Shown: positions 33,539 through 42,451 of the stretch, in pieces
Layout of the letters: every line of letters begins with the position of its first letter
How positions within the stretch are numbered: position 1 is the stretch's first letter
Assembly: GCA_965197725.1 (NCBI GenBank)
Contig: CBDANQ010000040.1
Coordinates: forward strand, 1-64,000
From: Longimicrobiales bacterium
GTDB taxonomy: Bacteria; Gemmatimonadota; Gemmatimonadetes; Longimicrobiales; Gaopeijiaceae
Length of the DNA: 64,000 nucleotides
Direction of reading: 5' to 3'
Program-made: the position numbers and the translations under genes
Notes under the pieces: model-generated
What the model was told of the DNA's origin: nothing
The model's database searches: none
The model's input: only the letters and a program-made list of their open reading frames with translations

Positions 33539-35033
33539 CAGACCGTGGATAAAGTCCGGTCATCGCTGTTGTGTTAAATCAGGAGGACACGAGGGTTTTT
33601 GCAGCGAGGACGGCGATGGCGGTAGGTAAGCGGCCCGAGGCTCGGCAGGGCGAGATGTTCGTGGTGGCGAGCGAGATTCGGGCCTTGGACAACCCGTTCT
33701 ACCGGGCCTTGAACGAGCTTCTGGCGAAAAGCGGGTTTGACGAGTTCGCGGAAGAGGCATGCCGTGAGTTCTACGCGGACAATCGGGGTCGGCCGGGGAT
33801 TGCTCCCGGGGTGTATTTCCGAATGATGATGGTGGGCTACCTGGAAGGGATCGGCTCGGAGCGGGGCATTGCCTGGCGGTGTGGGGACTCGTTGTCGTTG
33901 CGTGAGTTTCTGGGATACGGGTGGGCGAAGAACCCGCCGGAGCATTCGACCCTGTCGAAGACGCGCAAGCGCCTGAGCGTGGAAGCGCACGCGGCGGTGT
34001 TCGGGCGGGTGCTGGAGCTGCTGAAGGGGTCGGGGTTGCTGAGCGGCAAGACGCTGGGCGTCGACTCGACGACGCTGGAGGCGAATGCGGCGATGCGCAC
34101 GATCGTGCGGCGCGACGACGGGTTGGGCTACGATGAATGGCTGCAGCAGGTGGCCCGGGCGTCGGGGATCGAGACGCCGACGCGCAAGGATCTGACGACG
34201 CTGGACCGGAAGCGTCCGAAGAAGGGCTCGAACAAGGACTGGGTGCATCCGCACGACCCGGAGGCGCGGATCACGAAGATGAAGGACGGCAGGACGCGCC
34301 TGGCGCACAAGTTGGAGCAGGCGGTCGACATGGAGACCGGTGCGCTTGTGGCGGTGACGGTGCAGACGATGGACGGGGGAGATGTGGCGTCGCTGCCCAA
34401 CACGCTGGACGAGGCAGAGCGGCAGCTGGAAGTAGTGCAGGTAGAGCCCGAGGAAGTGGTGGCCGACAAAGGCTACCACTCGAACAAGACCATGACGGGC
34501 GTGAAGGAGCGGGAGCTGCGCAGCTATGTGAGCGAGCCCAACCGCGGGCGCCGGAAATGGAAGAACAACCGGGACGCGCAGAAGCCGACCTACGACAACC
34601 GCCGCCGGATCCGCGGCAACCGGGGGATGCGGCTGCTGCGCCAGCGCGGCGAGAAGGTGGAGCGGGGGTTTGCGCACTTGCTTGTGACCGGAGGGCTGCG
34701 TCGCGTCCACATACGGGGCCAGGAGGAGATTCGAAAACGGATGTTGATCCACGCGGCGGCCTTCAACCTCGGCCTTCTCATGCGCAAGCGGTTCGGGGTT
34801 GGAACCCCCCGTGCGTTACAGGGCCTCGCTACCGTACAAGCTGCGCTCGCAACTCAGGTTACAACCCGCGTCTCGCGCTTTTTCCGCCGTATTCGGCGCT
34901 ATTTCGCCTTCCTTGGGCCGAATATCGCCTCGTCAGACCCCAAAACCCGCTTCTTGCACAACAACACAGCCCCCGCGTGTCTGCCTTATCTCCCACCCAT
35001 CATCCGCTGGGAACCTATTTCTTCCACGGACTG
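33539..35033 (+). mobile_element. IS1182/IS5-like element inserted in CTAG
   Basis: IRs CAGACCGTGGA / CAGTCCGTGGA; CTAG duplicated at 33535-33538 and 35034-35037. Confidence 0.87.
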
Positions 35034-35037
35034 CTAG
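33616..35037 (+). CDS. DDE transposase (DUF772 N-terminus, IS1182-like)
   Basis: GRPGIAPGVYF, PEHSTLS, VDSTTLEANA, ADKGY, VERGFAH. Confidence 0.9.
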   Translation: MAVGKRPEARQGEMFVVASEIRALDNPFYRALNELLAKSGFDEFAEEACREFYADNRGRPGIAPGVYFRMMMVGYLEGIGSERGIAWRCGDSLSLREFLGYGWAKNPPEHSTLSKTRKRLSVEAHAAVFGRVLELLKGSGLLSGKTLGVDSTTLEANAAMRTIVRRDDGLGYDEWLQQVARASGIETPTRKDLTTLDRKRPKKGSNKDWVHPHDPEARITKMKDGRTRLAHKLEQAVDMETGALVAVTVQTMDGGDVASLPNTLDEAERQLEVVQVEPEEVVADKGYHSNKTMTGVKERELRSYVSEPNRGRRKWKNNRDAQKPTYDNRRRIRGNRGMRLLRQRGEKVERGFAHLLVTGGLRRVHIRGQEEIRKRMLIHAAAFNLGLLMRKRFGVGTPRALQGLATVQAALATQVTTRVSRFFRRIRRYFAFLGPNIASSDPKTRFLHNNTAPACLPYLPPIIRWEPISSTDC

Positions 35038-35054
35038 GTCCCGCGGGGGGCCGC

Positions 35055-36302
35055 TCATCTCCCCAGCAAGATCCACGTACTCACGGTGAGCCATATCACG
35101 CCGATTAAGCTGAGTAGAATCCACTCCAACACGTTGGTCTGCTGCTTGCCCCTCTCCCCGTGGAACCACGCCATGACCGTCGCCACGGCGACGGAACTGC
35201 CGACGAATGCCAGCGTTAGACTGAATATCATGTCGCCGTACTGGCCTAAGCGATTGCTCTCGACGAGCATCCACACCAGTTGCGTCAGGCCGGCCCCGGC
35301 AGCCACAGCGAATATCACGATCTGCGGCACGCGCCGCTTGATCAGCTGCTGCAGATCCGCCGCCTCTTCCACGCTCCCGCTCGTGGCGATGGCAGGCTGA
35401 GCGGCAGGTGCCGAATCGGCCGCGAGCGCCCGGGCCACAGCCGCCGCGCTCGGCCGGTGCTTCGGCTCACGATTCAGACAGAGACGAAGTAGATCCGCGA
35501 GGTCCGCGTCGACCTCCGGGCGCATCTGCTTCAGGTCCTTCGGATCTTGGTTGAGGTGCGCCGTGATCCACTGCGTATTCGTGCGTGCGTCGTAAGGGCC
35601 CCCGCCCGTGAGTAGCTCGTACCCGAGAACGCCGAACGCGTAGATGTCGGCCAGCTCGGTGAGGTCCTGATCCAGCAGTTGCTCGGGGCTCAGGTATCGG
35701 GGATCTCCGAGCACCTGACCGGTCTTGGTCAGCCGCGTCGCTTCCTCGCCGCTGGTCACCAGCAGTGCGGCGATTCCGAAGTCGGCGAGCAGCGCCTTTT
35801 CACCCTCCTCATCCCAAAGCACGTTGGCCGGGCGGACATCGCGGTGGACGATGCCTGCCGCGTGCGCAGCCGCCAGGGCAGACGCGATGTCGTGAAGGAC
35901 CTCCTTCGCAACCGCCGGAGAGAGGCGGCCTTCGGCCTTGAGCCGCTCCTCCATAGTGCGGCCTTTGACGAAGCGCATCACCAGATACGGCGTTTCGTCG
36001 GGTAGCCGACCGAAGCGGTAGACCTGGACCACGCTCGGATGACCCAGCGATGCCGCGGCCTGGGCTTCACGCTCGAAGCGCTTGAGCGCCGTCTGGTCCT
36101 TCACGTGAGAGGGCGAGAGGACTTTTATCGCGACGAGCCGCCCTAGACCTTTCTCTTTGGCCAAGTACACCGTAGCCATCGAGCCCCTGCCGAGACTCTT
36201 CTTGATATCGAAGTCGTCGCCGAGCGCCGCCTGCAAGGCGTCCGCCGAACGAACCTCGGGATCATCCGGGGCGGCCGTGGAGAGGGGTTCTTGGTCGCTC
36301 AT
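35055..36302 (-). CDS. Hanks-type protein kinase with C-terminal TM segments
   Basis: LGRGSMA, VAIKVL, HRDVRPAN, DFG, YLSPEQ; start taken at MSDQEP. Confidence 0.88.
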   Translation of the reverse strand: MSDQEPLSTAAPDDPEVRSADALQAALGDDFDIKKSLGRGSMATVYLAKEKGLGRLVAIKVLSPSHVKDQTALKRFEREAQAAASLGHPSVVQVYRFGRLPDETPYLVMRFVKGRTMEERLKAEGRLSPAVAKEVLHDIASALAAAHAAGIVHRDVRPANVLWDEEGEKALLADFGIAALLVTSGEEATRLTKTGQVLGDPRYLSPEQLLDQDLTELADIYAFGVLGYELLTGGGPYDARTNTQWITAHLNQDPKDLKQMRPEVDADLADLLRLCLNREPKHRPSAAAVARALAADSAPAAQPAIATSGSVEEAADLQQLIKRRVPQIVIFAVAAGAGLTQLVWMLVESNRLGQYGDMIFSLTLAFVGSSVAVATVMAWFHGERGKQQTNVLEWILLSLIGVIWLTVSTWILLGR

Positions 36303-36646
36303 GGCGACGGCACGATAGACAGGCAAGTTGCCCACGACAAGCGTTCTCCCTCGAGCACTCGAGCTCCCCGTCGGACCCCCTTGTAGCCCCCGACCTGCTG
36401 TCTCCCTCACGCCCAACCGACACAAATCACCGACACAAGAGAGCCCGCTGCCCCCCCTATCACCCTCTCCTTCTCACCTCTCGAGTCGCCCTATGCCCCC
36501 CAAGGGCCCCTAGAGACTCCTTTTTTATACTTATACCCCCACGCGGCAATTTTTTGGGTTGGATTTTACACTCAGTGAGTATAAACAGCGGTGGTGGGTC
36601 CGGCGCCAAGCCGACTACTCGACGCATCCTGTTCGCTGTGAACGCC

Positions 36647-36733
36647 GCCCGCGCTCCACCGCAGACCGAGCTCGGATTCGATCAGTCTTCCGGATTCGAT
36701 CCTACGGATCCGGAGCCGATCCCAGAGTTCGAA
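36647..36733 (+). pseudogene. Tail fragment of a divergent IS91-like transposase
   Basis: ARAPPQTELGFDQSSGFDPTDPEPIPEFE parallels ARGPPQ...DQTPTFDPAEPDPVP of copy 4. Confidence 0.6.
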
Positions 36734-36859
36734 CGACCCAAGCTCGTTCGTTATGACAACCTGGAGAGCTCGCTCGCGGTCTGACAATCGTCCAACCCGC
36801 CCAATCCAGCGATCCCAACGCAGAGCGGCCGACGTCCCCGTGCCGCACGCGATTGTGCC

Positions 36860-37312
36860 CTAATCTCGAGCCGACCCGCTGACCGGACTCCTGGGCACCG
36901 CTTCCTGTAGCGTGACGCGCCAACGGATCTGCTCCGACTCGATCACCAGGTACGCCACGCGTGGGTCGGCCGCTAGGTCCACGGTGTCGGCGCCGGGCTC
37001 CTGGGTGTCGACGATCGTCTGCAGCGGCCGACCGCTGATCGCACTGTAGAGCGAGACGCGGAAGTTGTTCGTGCCCGGAGCGCCCTCTTGGAGCGCTTCC
37101 CACGTGAGCCGCATGGAGCCTGTGGTCACGTCGAAGGACTCAGTCTGACGGTCGCCGCTTCCCGACCAGATGCCGAGCGCATGCCACAGGGTGCTCGCCG
37201 CGGCGACGGGCGGGGCGGGCTCGTCCTGCCGGCTTTCACAGGCTATGAGCAGCAGCAGCGCTACAAGGACGAGCGGCCGGCAGCGCAACCGCCGGCTGAT
37301 CAAGAGTGACAC
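36860..37312 (-). CDS. Hypothetical lipoprotein downstream of the molybdoenzyme operon
   Basis: 150 aa; hydrophobic signal ending LLIAC. Confidence 0.7.
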   Translation of the reverse strand: MSLLISRRLRCRPLVLVALLLLIACESRQDEPAPPVAAASTLWHALGIWSGSGDRQTESFDVTTGSMRLTWEALQEGAPGTNNFRVSLYSAISGRPLQTIVDTQEPGADTVDLAADPRVAYLVIESEQIRWRVTLQEAVPRSPVSGSARD

Positions 37313-37343
37313 GCTCCGAGGGCGCCGTGCCCCGCGGTGCGGT

Positions 37344-38357
37344 CTACGCCGTGGCAGCGAGCGGCCCGCCCCTGACGGCGCGCCGTACCAGATTGCGCAT
37401 CAACGGCACCTTGTAGGCGTTGAAGCGCAGCGGCTCAGCGCCCTCGACGGCCAACTCGCCGGCCCTTGTAGCCGTCTCCTCATTCAGCGGCTGGCCGGCC
37501 AGAGCTTTCTCCACCGCCCGCAGGCGCAGCGGCCGCGCAGCCACGGCACCGACCACCACTCGGGCCTGGTCGATACGGCCGCTGCTCTCCCTGATCGCCG
37601 AAGCGACGTTCACCAAGGGGAAGTCCCACACCTCGCGGTCGCGCACCTTCTCGAAGTAGAACCGCGCACCCGCCCACGTCGCCGGGACACGGATGGCCGT
37701 GAGCAGGTCGCCGGGCCTCAAAACTGTCATGCGCGTGATGTCTACGTCCGGTCCGACGAAGTAGTCGGCCGCGTCGACGACGCGCTCGCGTCCCCCCCGC
37801 CGTATGACCATCTGCGCATCGAGCGCGACGAGCGCGGGGGCCGTGTCCGAGGGGCTCACGGCCACGCAACGGCTCGCATGGAGGATGGCATGCTCGCGGT
37901 TCACTGCCGTCGGTGTATTGGCGTAGCAGGTGTTGCCGCCGGCTCGATAGCAGGTCCAGCCGTCGCGGTAGTAGGTGCAGCGCGTGTCCTGCGACACGTT
38001 GCCGCCGAGGGTGCCTTGATTACGAATCTGGGGCGATGCCACGAGCCCCGCGGCCTTGGCCAGCACCTCGAAGCGCTCGATGACGGCCGGATGCTCGGCC
38101 ACGTCGGTGAGCGTGGTCATGGCCCCGATCTCGAGACCACCGCCGGTCTCGCGGATGCCCTGCAGCTCCTCCACCTGGCTGAGCTCGATGACCACACCGG
38201 TCCGCTTCGTGCGGTCCTTGAGCCAGTCGAACGAGTCCATGCCTCCGGCTATGATCCAAGCCTCGTCGCCGTAGGCGTCAGCGGCCTCTACCGCCTCCTC
38301 GAGGCTGGAAGGCTGGATCAGCTGGAACGGAGGGATTAAGTCGTTCACGATCGCCAT
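37344..38357 (-). CDS. Xanthine dehydrogenase-family FAD subunit (PaoB/YagS-like, with 4Fe-4S cysteines)
   Basis: IAGGMD, ASPQIRNQGTLGGN, RCTYYR...CYRAGGNTCY...C. Confidence 0.9.
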   Translation of the reverse strand: MAIVNDLIPPFQLIQPSSLEEAVEAADAYGDEAWIIAGGMDSFDWLKDRTKRTGVVIELSQVEELQGIRETGGGLEIGAMTTLTDVAEHPAVIERFEVLAKAAGLVASPQIRNQGTLGGNVSQDTRCTYYRDGWTCYRAGGNTCYANTPTAVNREHAILHASRCVAVSPSDTAPALVALDAQMVIRRGGRERVVDAADYFVGPDVDITRMTVLRPGDLLTAIRVPATWAGARFYFEKVRDREVWDFPLVNVASAIRESSGRIDQARVVVGAVAARPLRLRAVEKALAGQPLNEETATRAGELAVEGAEPLRFNAYKVPLMRNLVRRAVRGGPLAATA

Positions 38358-38426
38358 AGCGCTTCTCCTGGACTCCGAGCTACTGAAGCATCGTCTGCTG
38401 ATTCGTCATCTGGATCTCGCCCGGCA

Positions 38427-40895
38427 TCAGATGTGGGCCGTCAACGGCTCCTGCATGGGCCGCCCGTGCTCGAGCGCCATGAGGATGTTGTCGAGCGTCA
38501 CGGGTGTGCGGCGGAACGCCTCATCGCCGAGCGCCGCGGAGAGCGCGTTGAGGACCGCGCACGCCCCAGCGGCAACCGGCGGCTCGCCGATGCCACGCGC
38601 GCCGACCGGGGTCTCGGGATCCGGCAGGTTCACCGCGTCCCACTGCATATTTCGCGGTATGTCCAGTATCGTGGGTGGACGACTCTGGTACATCCGCTTC
38701 GCCAGCGGCAGGCCGTAGTGCTGGTCGTACACGCTCTTCTGCGCGAGCGTGTGCCCCATGCCGAGCACCGAGCGCCCGAGAACCTGCCCGCCGTAGGAGC
38801 GCGGGTGGATGATGGTGCCCGAGTCGCCCACTGCCATGTAGTCGAGTATTCGATAGTCGCCGGTCTCGAGGTCCACCTCGACCTCCGCGAACCCGGCGAC
38901 GAAGGAGAATGTCCGCCCGTCCCGCCCGTAGCTGTCGCGCGCGACGCCCATGAGGCCCTGCCCGGCCAGCGCCGTCGCCGATCTGGTCGTGTACCGGTTG
39001 ATGTCCTCGGGCAGCTCGTGCCCGTCGTACTTGCCGCCCAGCTCGATGGCGCGCTGGGCCACCTCCGCGAGCGTCATGCCGCGGCTGCCGTTCGAGACGC
39101 GCTCGTCGGCCACACGGTAGGACTCGGGGCTCCCGCCGAGCGTTCGGGCCGCGATCTCCTTCACCTTGGCGATGGCGTCCGAAGCCGCCGCGTGGGCCGC
39201 GCGCGACATCGCGTGCGTCGTCTGGCTCCCGCCGGAGACGCACGTCCACGGGAGGTTCTGGGACGTGTCACCCCAGGAGATCTCCACCTTGTCCCACGGC
39301 ACGCCCATCAACTCGGCCGCCACGCGATGGACGTCGGAGTACGATTGTGTGCCCAGATTGCCGACGCCCGACTTGACGTACATACGGCCGTCGGGCTTGA
39401 TCACGAAGAGCCCGTCGAATCCGGTCGAGCCGGCGACGAACGAGCTGACCGCCACGCCAGCCCCACGTACCGTGGAGCCTCGGCGCTGACCGGAGCGTGC
39501 CTTACGCGTCTCCCAGTCGAAGAGCTCGGAGCCCCGATCGAGCGCTTCCCTGAGGAACGCGCTTGTGCAGTACGCTCTCGGAGCGTCGCCAACCTGAGGG
39601 CCGAATGGGGCCTTGCCGACGGGCGCGTTGACGCGGCGGATGTCCACCTGGTCGAGACCGAGCTGGCGCGCGGCCTTGGCGATGACCGGCTCCATCATCA
39701 GGATGCCCTGGAGCCCCCCTGGCTGGCTCTGCGCCCGGCGCGGCGGCGTGTTCGTGAGCACGGTGGTCGCCCGCATCCGCATGGCCTGCGGCTGATAGAG
39801 CAACGACACGATGCTGCCGGAGAACAAGGCGTCGCCTCCCGGCTCGTACGCGCTATTCTCTCCCACCGTGAACATGTCGAGAGCCAGGAGGCGCCCGTCG
39901 CTGGCAAATCCGGCCCTTACGCGGCCGTGGATCGCAGGGCGAATACCGCCGATGAAATGCTCCTCCTCGCGCGAGATGCGGAGCATGACCGGCTGGCCCG
40001 CTTTCTTGGCGAGCAGGGCCGGGACCGTGCTGATGACGGCGCCGGTGGCCCGGCTGCCGTAGCCGCCGCCCGTGTACTCCGTAATGAGCACGACATCGTC
40101 GACGTCGAGCCGCATCCAGCGGGCGAGGGACGCCACCGTCTGCACGGTGCTCTGCGTGCCAGTGTGTACGTACAGCTTGCCGTTGCGCCAGTACGCGAGC
40201 GTGGAGCGCGGCTCGAGCACGTGGTGGTGGTTGTTGGCGACGGAGAACGTCTGGTCCAGCACGAGTGCCGCCTCGGCGAATCTCGCCTCGACGTCGCCGA
40301 ACGACCATTCGTCCCGAGACGTGCCGGTCGGCAATCGACCCTCTTCGTACTCGGCGAAATCGGCGCTCGCCCACTTCATCTCCTGGACCTCGAGGGGGCC
40401 TGTGGGCTCTCCCGCCGGACGGCCCCAGCAGTTGCCCTCGGAACGCGCGTTGGGCCCGTCCGGACGGAGACTCACGAGCGGGTCGACCACGAACGGCAGC
40501 GGCTCGAAGTCGATCTCGATGGCTTCGATGGCTGCGACCGCCGTCTCCTCGTCCACTGCCGCCACGGCCAACACCGGTTCCCCGGCATAGACCGGCTCGT
40601 CGCTGAGCGCGCGCTCGCCCTTGGGATTGGCAGGGATCCTCTCGCCGAGATCGGTCACGATGTCGGCTGGCGCCGGAAGCTCCGACGCCTGGAGAATGGC
40701 GCGCACGCCCGGCATGACCTCGGCGGCGCTCGTGTCGATGCTCCTGACCCGGGCGTGGGGAAGGGGGCTCAGCAAGAGCTTCGCGTAGAGCATTCCGTCA
40801 ACCCGGAAATCCTCCGAGTACTTGGCCCGGCCCGTGACCTTGGCGACCAGGTCGGGCGTGACGTAGTTCTGACCGACCAGCTTGTTCTCAGCCAC
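38427..40895 (-). CDS. Xanthine dehydrogenase-family molybdopterin-binding subunit (PaoC-like)
   Basis: KVTGRAKY, TGGGYGS, GGSQTT, GARGIGEPP; GTG start after GGAGG. Confidence 0.92.
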   Translation of the reverse strand: MAENKLVGQNYVTPDLVAKVTGRAKYSEDFRVDGMLYAKLLLSPLPHARVRSIDTSAAEVMPGVRAILQASELPAPADIVTDLGERIPANPKGERALSDEPVYAGEPVLAVAAVDEETAVAAIEAIEIDFEPLPFVVDPLVSLRPDGPNARSEGNCWGRPAGEPTGPLEVQEMKWASADFAEYEEGRLPTGTSRDEWSFGDVEARFAEAALVLDQTFSVANNHHHVLEPRSTLAYWRNGKLYVHTGTQSTVQTVASLARWMRLDVDDVVLITEYTGGGYGSRATGAVISTVPALLAKKAGQPVMLRISREEEHFIGGIRPAIHGRVRAGFASDGRLLALDMFTVGENSAYEPGGDALFSGSIVSLLYQPQAMRMRATTVLTNTPPRRAQSQPGGLQGILMMEPVIAKAARQLGLDQVDIRRVNAPVGKAPFGPQVGDAPRAYCTSAFLREALDRGSELFDWETRKARSGQRRGSTVRGAGVAVSSFVAGSTGFDGLFVIKPDGRMYVKSGVGNLGTQSYSDVHRVAAELMGVPWDKVEISWGDTSQNLPWTCVSGGSQTTHAMSRAAHAAASDAIAKVKEIAARTLGGSPESYRVADERVSNGSRGMTLAEVAQRAIELGGKYDGHELPEDINRYTTRSATALAGQGLMGVARDSYGRDGRTFSFVAGFAEVEVDLETGDYRILDYMAVGDSGTIIHPRSYGGQVLGRSVLGMGHTLAQKSVYDQHYGLPLAKRMYQSRPPTILDIPRNMQWDAVNLPDPETPVGARGIGEPPVAAGACAVLNALSAALGDEAFRRTPVTLDNILMALEHGRPMQEPLTAHI

Positions 40896-41535
40896 GGGCC
40901 ACCTCCCGCGAAAGCTCCGCGCCCCGTTCCAGGGCCGTGAGGATTTTGTCGTAGTCCTGGCACCGGCACAGGTTGCCGGACACGCCATGAGCCAGCTCTT
41001 CGCGGGTCGGGTTCGGATTCTTCTGTAGGAATCCCACCGCCGCCATGACGAAGCCGGTCATGCAGTAGGCGCATTGGAAGCCCTCCTCCTCGACCACGCC
41101 CCGCTGCACCGGATGGAGCGTACCGTCGGGCGACTCCAGACCCTCGATCGTCCTGATCTCGCGCGACCTGACGGCGTGGGTCAGCACCGAGCACGAGTAG
41201 CGCGGCACGTCATCGACAAGCACCGTGCAGGCACCACACTCCGCCCGGTCGCAGCCGAGCTTGGTGCCGGTGAGCCCGAGCTTGTAGCGGAGCGTCGTGG
41301 CCAGGGTCTCCTGCGGGGCTACGTCGACCCGCCGAGTCTGGCCGTTGACGGTGAGCGTCAGCAGCCGCTCAACGCCGCTCATCCGAGCGGCCCCACCCGT
41401 CAAGAGCGGGCTGTTGCGGAAGAGGTAGGCCGCGGAGGAAACCGCCACGCCTCCGGCGATTACACCCTTGATGAAGGTGCGCCGGGTGAGGTCGGTCGGC
41501 CCGCTGCGGCTGGTTTGAGCGTCGTCACTTGGCAT
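40888..41535 (-). CDS. (2Fe-2S) subunit with Tat signal (PaoA-like)
   Basis: TRRTFIK; GCDRAECGACTV, QCAYC, GNLCRC; GGAGGAG RBS. Confidence 0.92.
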   Translation of the reverse strand: MPSDDAQTSRSGPTDLTRRTFIKGVIAGGVAVSSAAYLFRNSPLLTGGAARMSGVERLLTLTVNGQTRRVDVAPQETLATTLRYKLGLTGTKLGCDRAECGACTVLVDDVPRYSCSVLTHAVRSREIRTIEGLESPDGTLHPVQRGVVEEEGFQCAYCMTGFVMAAVGFLQKNPNPTREELAHGVSGNLCRCQDYDKILTALERGAELSREVARG

Positions 41536-41722
41536 ATCGCCTCTCCTCCACATCGCGAGAATGGCGAGGACGGGGTCCGCTACGATCCCATCGATCGGGT
41601 CTACAATAACGCGCGGCCTGGCCGTACGACACCCCTCCCGCGAGTGGCCCCCCCCGGCCTGTGCATGGACGCGCATGGCGCCTTCGCGCGGTGACGCTGC
41701 GTCATTCTTTGACGCCGGATCT

Positions 41723-42127
41723 ATGGAGTACGATCCCGAGCTAGAGCTGCTGGCGGGTCATGTCATCGATCTGCGGGACGAAATCTATTTCGAGGGCGAG
41801 TCCGTCACGGAGCTCAAGTCGTTCATGCACCGCGCGGTTGACCACTACCTGGCGGTTTGCAACGAGCGCGGTGACACGCCCGACAAGCCGTTCTCTGGGC
41901 AGCTACGGCTTCGAATGAACCCGGAGCTACATCGCTCGCTCGTGATCGCGGCGTCGACGGCCGGAAAGAGTCTCAACACTTGGATCGTCGAAGCGGGGCG
42001 ATCGATGAGGGTGTGCATGTATGTAAGCCATCGTAGGTCCTCCGCGAGTTGGCAAGGTGGGCGTCGCCCCGCAGCGGTTCCGGCACTACATGTTCGCGTT
42101 CGCTATTCCAGCGAAAACCTGGTCTGA
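41723..42127 (+). pseudogene. hicB: HicB-family antitoxin, apparently N-truncated with run-on C-terminus; no hicA adjacent
   Basis: FEGESVTEL...AVDHYLAVCNERG..PDKPFSGQLRLRMNPELHRSL...GKSLNTWI. Confidence 0.75.
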
Positions 42128-42198
42128 GTTTCGCCATTTCAGCGAAAAATACCGCGAAACTTCGGCGTTTTGGCGAAAATGGGGCCTGCTGCCGTATA

Positions 42199-42241
42199 GT
42201 TTGCAACCAGGAGGTCGGCGGTTCGATTCCGCCTAGCTCCA
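42199..42241 (+). other. 3' half of tRNA-Ala(TGC), probable att-site scar of a genomic island
   Basis: GTTTGCAACCAGGAGGTCGGCGGTTCGATTCCGCCTAGCTCCA; D-arm and 5' anticodon stem absent. Confidence 0.8.
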
Positions 42242-42451
42242 CTGACGTAAGCGCTTGATACGCACGACTTACGGTAGACCCATCGCTCCCATGTGGGCGG
42301 GGGGTCTACATGCTGGAGTACATGTTGAGCCGGGAAGCGCGGGCAAGGAACCGGGCGCCTCCGTTCCCGCGTGAGGACTCAGACAAGGGGTGGGCGCTTG
42401 AGGGTCCAGCGGGTGAGGGCGGGGTGAGGGGGAGCTGTGCCGGCCCCCCCC

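Noticed and set aside
33552..33580. dif-like XerD arm TTGTGTTAAAT (also TTATGACAACC at 36751)
   Set aside because: No convincing XerC arm at 6-bp spacing; the first lies inside the IS end and may be a promoter element.
38433..40940. 835-aa plus-strand ORF and other long antisense ORFs (e.g. 9923-11134, 43163-44521, 33574-34752)
   Set aside because: Antisense shadows of well-supported genes in high-GC DNA; no recognisable motifs.
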